Below, piece after piece: positions 1-64,000 of a DNA stretch of 64,000 nt (the first letter of the stretch is position 1; every line of letters begins with the position of its first letter). Origin of the DNA: Callorhinchus milii (lineage: Eukaryota); contig NW_024704742.1 in the NCBI RefSeq assembly GCF_018977255.1, positions 17,796,001 through 17,860,000 on the forward strand, given 5' to 3'. Both the position numbers and the translations under genes were made by a program. The notes below the pieces were generated by a model. The model saw only the letters and a program-made list of their open reading frames with translations, made no database searches and had not been told where the DNA came from.

Positions 1-19
1 GGGGGTGGGGGGGGGGGAG

Positions 20-300
20 GTGGTCTGCATTGTTGGAGAATGTCATGCTTTGGAGGAGATGTTAAACTGAGGTCCCGTCTGCCTATAGAGTTTAAAGATC
101 CCAAAGGCACCATTTGAAAAGAATGGGAAATTTCTCACAGAGGTCAACAATCCTCCAAGAGAAGCTGGTTATTCATTTCATGTCTGTTTGTGGGACCTTG
201 TAGCGTGCACACTAGTTACTGTGCCTATGTGCAAACAGTTACTATGATTTACAGCAATTCCCTGTGAAGCACTATAGTCATTATATTATTATTTATTAAT
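20..300 (+). mobile_element. Older DeuSINE-type fragment
   Basis: CTGCATTGTTGGAG..GAGATGTTAAACTGAGGTCCC..TGTTTGTGGGAC. Confidence 0.7.
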
Positions 301-1926
301 AAATGGGGGAAATGCCTTTGGTGGAGGCTAGCATCTATGCATTGTGGAGAGCTTTTTCCACAAAGGGGAGAAAATTAGAAGCAGAGACTTCAACAACAAC
401 AATTTGGATTTATATAGCGCCCTCCACCCCGGACGGCATCTCAGAGCGCTTTATCAACTCTAGTGAGAAAGATGAGAAAGTTAAACTGTAAAACGTGGAA
501 CTGGCACTGATCATGGGTGAGTTGGGCAGAGGAAAAGCATGATCACCTCAAGTCATGAAATGATTTGCCAGGGATGGCTATCGGAGCAGAATTGTTTGGG
601 GTTGCACTCAGAGTAAAAGCAACGGAGAGTATGGGGAAAGAGCAGGCAATTGAGATTAAGAAGATGGAGGAGAAAACACCAAAGCTAATATAATGTGGCA
701 TCAGTTTTCGTCTCAAACTACTTCATTTATCTTCACAAGATAACACGATTAGTTCAGAAGAAGGCTCTTCAGTCCATCTGATCTCAGCCTTCAAGAATAC
801 CCACCCCTTGCATCATAGCATAGGGCTGGGAAATTGATAAAGACTGTTTCAATACACTGATGCCTTACTATTTTTCTTAAAAAGAAGGAAGCTTAATGAG
901 GACTTTAAAAATGAAGTTGCTTTCTCCTGCTGGTTCTCAGGGTCAGTGTCATGTTGCTAAACCCAAGATAATTATTTTAGGTAACGATGAAAGCTATGCC
1001 AAAATAGGCAATTAAAACAGTGTGATCAGCAGTCAGAGATTTATGTACATGGATCAATGACTACAGCTTTCATGGATTGTTCCAGACAAGTTAGCGAGCA
1101 TGTAGACTGGATAGATTAGTGTCATTAGATGTTGGAGGAAGTTATAGGCGTACTTGACTACTTATGTCTGGCAATGCAAACCAATAAATAATCAGTTAGG
1201 TCAACACAATGTCATTGACTACCAAAAAAAACAATGAAATGAAGACTTTTGCTTCAAAAATGTTCCTGTACTGTAGCAGACAAGGAACTGAATAAACAGA
1301 ACTCCAAACCACCTAGAAACAGCAAAAAATAAACATTATTGTTCGTAGAAATCAAACAGATGGCTCTCTTTGCTTTTCCCTCCCACAACCTCCATCAAAA
1401 CTGAATCCAACGATGAATATTCCTTGAGATAATAATCTAATTAATAAAACAGCAACTTAATGGGGTGATGCTAAGTGCAGTGGCAGGTTTAACACAAGTG
1501 ATAGTATGGCTCCTAATGGGATTTCTCATTATAACTGTGCATCTTCAAACTTCACTGAACAAACTGCCATGGGGACACAGTGCAACTGAAAAATACTCCA
1601 AAGGAATATTTTGCATGAGAATTAACAGCAGTTAATTGCCTCACACTGTAGGCAGACCTGAAAAAAAGAAGCAGGGTCAATGAGTAATGCTATTCCAATC
1701 TATTATTCATTTTGTATCCATGATTATAATTTACCTTGTTCTTTTTAAAAAAAACAATAGAAGTGTAAATCGGGCTAAAGATGTTTATATGGAATCCAAG
1801 GCAATTAATATTTAAAAGGAGACACTGCTTCATTTCGAATTCTTACCTTTAATGGATATAAAATGAGAGCACAAGTGCAAGCTATGTGAAATTAGTCAAA
1901 CATTTGTGCATGGTCTTAGAGGGTAC

Positions 1927-57069
<55,143 letters not shown>

Positions 57070-58084
57070 CACTGAAAAGAGGCAAAGAATCAAAAGTTCA
57101 GACACATAAATAATAATAATGTCACATACTGGATAACAAACAGAAATACTAATAATTTATAAAAGAATATGTACAAAATTTAATGTGACGTTTCCTTTTA
57201 TCATGTTCAATAAATAAATCCTATTATCACTATTTATCAATTCATGCAATTTATCTTTCTAATTAAAAGTGGATTGTTTGTGCAGTAAATTGCTTCAAAT
57301 TTAAATATGGAACCTTGCTTTATATTGTCTAATACACCATAATGCCTGACAAAACAGACATTGCTTATAGCTCCTTCTCTGACGTAGAAATTATGTAAAA
57401 CACCCCATACCATGCACCAAAATGTGTTTCCCAAACACAAGGTTGTACAACAACTCCAACTCCAACACACTCTATTGCTTCAGTCTCAGTGCAATGTGTG
57501 GTTAGCAGACCTCATGGTGTGATGTTTCGGGAACTGCAATGTGGTTGAGTATCATTGATGATCTAATAAATAACCTGAAAATACCTCACCACAAAATCCT
57601 CTCAACAATCAGTCGTATTCCGGATGAACAATTAGTCAGCGCAGCCTCACCACACAATCATGAAAGTTCAAGGATTTGTCATTTCTTACCAGTGACTCTT
57701 GCATTAAAATACTCAACAAGAACTTTTTTTTTTACAATTTGTGAATCAGAAGGGTTTCAAACCTCGCATCCTAAAGTCTAACCTTTAACCAAATTTAGAT
57801 CTTATGACTATTAGAACTGAAATGTTTTAAGAGGCAACAGTGCAACCCGAAAGCCAGATAATTAAAATACTAAAATCAGAAGCAGTAATCCCTGATTTCG
57901 AATTGCTGGTTATCTGTAAATTCCAATCAACAAGAAGTGTCATTTTCTGGCCTTTCAAATTAGAATGCAAAAGAGAATGCAGACCATGATAAACTGTTTT
58001 AACTTGTCCAGAAAAGTAGAACCAGAGGACGTGGGCTGCGATTGAAGGGGGGGTAAATACAAAAAAAAATTGCGGAAACACTAT

Positions 58085-58250
58085 TTCAGTGAACGAGTGA
58101 TAAATGTATGGAACAGTCTCCCCGGTGAGGCGGTGGAAGCAGCAAGTGTCGATTCTTTCAAAAGCAAATTGGATAGATTTTTTTCAGGAAATAATATCGT
58201 GGAATACAGAAGGTGAACTTGGGCTTCTTTCGTCTAGCAATTCGTATGTT
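58085..58250 (+). mobile_element. CR1 3'-terminal fragment
   Basis: RVINVWNSLP.EAVEA..FKSKLDRF-like remnant. Confidence 0.7.
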
Positions 58251-58594
58251 CTTGGGTTAAAAAAAAATCTGCTTGTAAGGTCCCAGCCAATATCAGCATT
58301 GAATGCTCATACCCACCACATTCTCCCTGCTGCCATTTTGGGGGATAGAAGAGAGAGTGAATTGATTCATTTTTCCCTGGAGAAACTGGCACACAAACAA
58401 ATTTAAACCATAAATAATATATGGCCAGAAACCAGGTGAATTTTCCAAATAGAAGAATCAGTTGCATTGTCAACAACATCTAGACATCGTAAAAATGGCT
58501 GAAATAGAGTGAAAATGGAACAGGGGGAGGGGGGGGCGGGGGGTTGGGGGAGGGAGAAAGTAAGAGAAAGTGAACCACCGTTCAATAAATAGTC

Positions 58595-58962
58595 ATTACA
58601 TTTGATAAAGCACCTTTCATGTCAGAAGGATGTCTCAAAGTTCTTCACAGGATATACTGTATTGTAATGATTGTATTTTTGTAGGTAAACGTGGCAACGA
58701 ATATTCCTACAGCAATGTACCATCAAATGTTATGAAGTGATCAATTTTATTTGATGCCCCATTGGCCAGGACACCGGGAGCAGCTTCCTTCTCTTTTTGA
58801 AAAGTACCATGACACCTTCAGCACCCACCTGAACAGACAGATGGGATCGCAGTTTAACATTGTATCCAACAATGCAGTACACCCTCAGCACTGCATTGGA
58901 GCTTCAGCCTCAATTATATGAGTTCAAAGTTCTGATCTGGAGTTTGAATCCACCACCTTCTC
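58595..58962 (-). mobile_element. Older DeuSINE-type element
   Basis: Reverse complement of the 52358 family. Confidence 0.75.
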
Positions 58963-60020
58963 AACAACAACAACCTTACATTTGTAAAGTGCCTTTCATA
59001 TCGCACCCCATCTTATGCAACAGAATTTGATCACACTTGTTCAATCAAGACAATTTAAAAAAAATACTTTTGTTCTTGTTCCAAGTCTTTTTCTCTTCGG
59101 TGATTGCTAACCACCCTAAGCTTTCCACTTTCTGTACTGACTTGACTGTGTCAACCCCTAATTTACATAGTATACTCTGCCCACCTGCCTGCTGATCTAC
59201 AGTATCACCTTTTCCAACTTTCACTGAGCTTTCCAAATTTAGAAATCTGATGATGGCTCATAGCTTTAGCCTTTTACCTACAAAATTGTCACTATACCTT
59301 GCAATGAATCTTGAAGCACATTGAGGTTTCCTCCCAAAGTAAAGGGTGCAAATATCAAATGCAAGGTTTATTATTATGTCTTAAAATTTAAGATTGTCAT
59401 AAGTTTAAAAAATGTTTGTAATGTCTGTTTGAAGACCATTTTCAATAAAGACCTCTTTCCCCACTTTCGGTATCAAAATTGCATTTGTTTTGTTAAATTT
59501 TGCATTGCTAAGGCAATGTTAGGCATGGTAGGTCTGCACTCTAGTCTGAATGAAGCACAAGATCCCTAAGTTCAAGGGAATATCCTATAAAGAGATGAAA
59601 ATCTACTGCAGCCTTTCATTTTTATCAGACACAAGAGGATGTGAGAGATGGAGAGCAAAATGGAGAGTGTTTTTTTAGGAAAGGACTGAAATAAATTTAA
59701 GCCTTAAATTCTAAATTGAGAGAACATAATGCAGACACACGAGCAAAATGAGCAATTGTCATAAATGATTTAAAACTAATAGCTGTGATGAAAGACTGAA
59801 GATCTAATGTTTAATGAATTCCTGGCATTTTCTCTTCCTGGACAACTGAGATGGGAATATATAAATTGCTGGAAGATTAGCTCAAAAGGAGCTCACACAT
59901 TCACCAAACCAATCCAACAGACAAACAAAAAATTCTAGTTCTCTCATCGAATTCAAAATATTTTAGTAAGTTTCTGCTCCTTGCTAAACTGCTACATGGT
60001 CCTCAGTGAGGGGCAGACTA

Positions 60021-60334
60021 AATAATAATCCTTGCATTTGATATAGCGCTTTTCACGTCGGGAGGACGTCCCAAAGCGCTTCACAGAATAGACTGTAAAG
60101 TGAATTGACTGTATATTTGTGGGCGAACGCGGCAGCCAATTGCGCACAGCAATGTCCCACAAACAGTCGTAGATTGAAAATGACCAATTTATTATTGTTT
60201 TTTTTTTTTTGGAGGGATTATTATTAGGCGTGTGGAGTAAGGAAACTTGCCCAAGGTTTCGCCCTGCCTGGAATTGAACTCAGGTCTCTCACTTGCAAAG
60301 CGAGTGCTCTAACCACTGAGCTACAGGACTCCAC
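60021..60334 (-). mobile_element. Young SINE, short form, full length
   Basis: Same family, near consensus. Confidence 0.93.
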
Positions 60335-61534
60335 ATAAAGTAAAATATACTAAGAAATCCTAAGCAACCACAGAGGAGGAAATGTTACAGACAGACAATT
60401 GATGGGTCTGACAACATTACTTTGCACTGATGGAGTATGTAGTGTTAACTCTTCGGTGTCTAATATGTGGTGATTCATAATAGAAGTCATTAATAGACCA
60501 GCCAACCTGGCTTGTTGAGAGGACTTGAAGGAGGGACTCTTCCCACTTGGCTCCTTTTAACATAGTAAATCAAAGCCATGATAGGAAGACTGGATAAGCT
60601 CTCCAGACAGTGGTCTCAAAGGCAAGCTATGTGGTTTAAACTCCAGCAGTCTCACGACACTTATAGTCTGAGCCATTTATGTCGACATTCAGGAGCCATT
60701 CGAGTTTTGTCAACGCAAGCGGTTTGTTAACACAGGTGGTCACCAGCAGACAATAGATATTCTGCGATTAAAAATTTTGAACCATGTATTTACAAGTATT
60801 TTCATTTATTTATTACGCATCATACGTTTAATTAAGATTTCTGAGCCATTTATTTACATGTATTTCCGTTATCTTATTTACAAAAATGTCATCAATTCAT
60901 TTACAAAAATAGTCATGTAGGCAAAAAAAGTTATTTAAGAGCACAGTGTTGACATAAGTGGTAATAAAACAACGTCTTGAATTATATTAGGGGCCTATAC
61001 AATTTGTCAACACAAGTGTGCTGGAGTTTATGTCAACGTTGACAATGATGGTAAGGTTTTAGTATTAATGTACAGAGAAGGGACTGATAAACTGATCTGA
61101 GATAAGTAGAAAGGACCGTCCTCCGAGTCCGCAACACTCAGCTCTTGCCAACCTGCATCTAATCATCTCTGGAATTAGGTAAGTAGGGTGGTCTCTCCTT
61201 GGCATTCCATTCCAGACACAGGGAAATTCCACGTGCAGCGGCATACACATGGGGAACTCAGTTTGGTTTACATACTCTTAAGCATGGTAACAGGTTTCTG
61301 CGTGTCAGACACATGGATGAACAAAAAAAAATGTAGTTGGAAATAGTGATTTCCTCTGGAAACCAGAAAACATTGGAACAACCTATGGGAACTCTGCTGA
61401 AAGGTTTTCCAAGTGGAGTTCCCCGCCTAAGGCTTTTCTCATCTGCTGATCACACCTGCCTATATATACCTACAAACATGCCGAAGTAATGATGCACTTC
61501 CAGATGTCTGCAGAAGGCAGCAATTGAAACTTAC

Positions 61535-61562
61535 CATTGCTACCAGTGAATTCTTTTAACAT
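61535..61562 (-). CDS. Candidate upstream AFAP1 coding mini-exon, MLKEFTGSN(V), possible exon 61535-61587
   Basis: ACAATG start, ATG|GTAAGT donor, phase 1 joining in frame to TG-ATG at 57071. No expression evidence. Confidence 0.35.
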
Positions 61563-63369
61563 TGTGTGTATTAGACCCCGTTAAGAACTTAAAAAAAAGT
61601 TAAATGAACCCAAAACAGCTTCACCAAATTTCAAGCAGCGACAACAGATGGTGTTTGCAACAGTGCAGACTGTTCCCAGTCCATATCTGAGAAGTTGGCA
61701 CAAGTTAAATTTGCTGTTCCAGGAACCTGTCAATAAATCTTGGGATTACAACTCCCCCCATACCCCTAGCACCTCACCCCCTTCAAACATATTTTTAGGT
61801 GCCTTTTAAAGTAAATTAATCACTGCCTTCAGAAGAGGGAGAAAATTAGGGAAAAAATTCAAAGCCAACGTTCAAAAAAATATTAAACTTTTTGCTCCAT
61901 AGTGTGAGCTGCAATCATCAGAGATATAAACAGTAAAAATAAAACTCCCAGTGAAGTTTCCCAGTGCCACACTCCTTTCTTCTAAAATATTTGCGGCCTA
62001 ACATTTTACTTTACCGTGGTCACAAAAACAATACAATTTATAATACCTTTCACATCAGGAGGACCTTTCAAAGCTCTTAAAACAGCCAACAACTATCATA
62101 ATACCAAGCAGCATAATATTCACTATTTATTTGCACTTTTCACTTCAGAGACATCTCAAAGCTCTTCACGCAGCTGACTGGGTGCCCAAACTGGAGGAGG
62201 GTAGAAGGCAGCTTTGATGAAAGAACAGTTGAAAAGACAAGTCTTAAGGTGGGATGTGAAGGCAGGGAGGGAGGGGTGAGATGGACGAATCTCAGGATAG
62301 AGGTGTAATGAATGGGACAGAATGAATGAAAGTTCAACTTGTGGGAGTGGATTTTCATTTTGCCTATTTTTCCACCACTAAAACTCCTTCATTCCGTCCT
62401 CTCCTGTAACGATCGACTCTTTCCTGGGGTATGGGTTCATGGCCACTTTCACCCTCCCGTATGTTGCTCAATTGGCTATGGCTCATGTGCAAAAGCAGAC
62501 TGAACTTCGGCAGATTGTTCAACTGCAGGAAGATTCAGAGATGAATCTAAACCTTTCTCACTTGATGGTCACACATGCATGTACACCTTCCACCAGGGCT
62601 CATTGGAACATTGATCAAGAACTGAAACTTAAACCAGGGACACTGAAGTCAATTATTCGCTGTGCCAATTGAGATCAGCTAACTCAGCACAGACTGTGAA
62701 AACGTATAAGCTTCTGTTCTGCATGGCTTAGTGCTGCACCAGGTGGTTTTACCCAATAAGCTCATTTTACACTTCGCCAACATAGACCTAACCACTAATG
62801 CTTCTTCATCTAACAATGCCACTGAAAATGGCTAAAGAAATATTATTGAATAAGGATCTACAGATTTCCGTCTCATATGCTTCTGATTTAGGAGTAAGTT
62901 CCAAATTTCCACAACTACTGGATGCCCTTTTAGTGCAAAATAGTGCAACAGTCTGATTATGGAGCTTGAAATGAACAGCCAGATAGAATTGTACTTATAT
63001 ATTGAGTCTTACACAATTTGGCACTTTTTTGTGTTTTTCCCAGATAAGTGAAATCTGAACCTGTTCTAAGTTTGACAATTGGTGAATGTTACCTTCAGTA
63101 ATATCCAGAAAAAAACATTGACAGCTTTGCTGAGAAAGTTCCCTTTTCTAAACCACAAGTGAAGGTTACCCCAATGAAACCTCTTTCATCACCAATGATC
63201 AACACGAATGGTTGACAGCGCGACCAGTCCCCAGCACCACGATGGAATTCTCTCCTAACACGAGACATTCTACAAACCCTAACCAAGCACAAATTTGTTA
63301 TTAAAAAAAAGCTGAAAGAATTAAGTGCCGAGCTTCATAAGACCAAAACTACATTCTGCTCTAGTTGTG

Positions 63370-63970
63370 AATTGAATGCCTCCTCCACTCTGATATTAGC
63401 TACTTGTCACCTCCTACCTCAATTATTCCAGTGCCCTCCTCGCTGATCTTCCCAGCTCCACAATTCATGAAATCCAATTGATTCGAATGTTGCTGTCCAT
63501 ATCCTCACCTGTACCAAACTCCGCATCCCAATCACCCCAGTCATTTCTAGGCTCCACTGGCTCCCTGATGCAGAATGGATCGATTTCAAGCTCCTCACAC
63601 TGACCTACAAGGCACTTCATAATTTAACACCTCCCTACCTCTCTGTCCTGCTTACCCTAGACTCCTCTACCTGTCCCCTTCACTCAGATGGCTCCAATTT
63701 TCTGCATGTCCCTCATCCCCTTCACTCTAATATCAACAGCTGCGCTTTAAACCATCACGTCCTGAAACACTGGAACTCCCTGCCTCAATCCATCCACCTT
63801 GCCCCATCCTTGGCTGTCTTCAGATTGGACCTAAAGACCTTCCTCTTTAACTGTGCCTATGATCACCTTCCCTCTCTCCCAGGCTTTGCGTCAAGCTTCA
63901 CCACTGTTGTGCACCCCAAGACACAACCCAGATAAACTATGATGCATAAATGCAAATCGTTGATGTTGCA
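63370..63970 (+). mobile_element. L2 3' fragment
   Basis: ITPV..LHWLP..IDFKLL..TYKAL..PPYL..WNSLP..LKTFLF-like coding end and tail. Confidence 0.85.
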
Positions 63971-64000
63971 GCTAGCAGATTGATTTGAAACAAGATGGAT

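Noticed and set aside
1..1926. Next AFAP1 exon after the neural insert
   Set aside because: No matching peptide with splice sites found by eye; probably outside the window.
58522..58560. G-run cluster with G-quadruplex potential (also 1-20)
   Set aside because: Simple homopolymer-rich sequence with no supporting context.
63085..63130. Donor-like AAG|GTAACA as AFAP1 exon 1
   Set aside because: No CpG island, promoter signal or convincing acceptor/start; cannot be supported.

Overview
Eukaryotic vertebrate genomic DNA, not prokaryotic. The repeat landscape (tRNA-derived Deu-type SINEs, L2 and CR1 LINEs) and the protein divergence suggest a cartilaginous fish, possibly a chimaera; this is inference. 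The window holds most of an AFAP1 gene (actin filament-associated protein 1, AFAP-110/120) on the minus strand. Twelve phase-consistent GT-AG coding exons run from the ATG at 57069 down to 1927, joining to 1803 nt / 601 aa with no stop. They include an 89-aa exon homologous to the neural insert of AFAP-120. The 3' exons probably lie beyond the left edge. Introns contain three SINE types, degraded L2 and CR1 pieces, a 96-bp Tc1/mariner MITE and a ~1.35-kb hAT-like element. Most listed ORFs are repeat-derived or spurious. I found no convincing wholly new system. The best leads are a candidate upstream coding exon giving an in-frame N-terminal extension, the neural-insert exon and its splice elements, a locally templated insertion inside an L2 next to a splice donor, inverted L2 structures, modular SINE evolution, and inverted SINE pairs able to form dsRNA or circRNA. 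Exon boundaries were read exactly; repeat boundaries are approximate. Human AFAP1 comparisons are from memory, not from an alignment.
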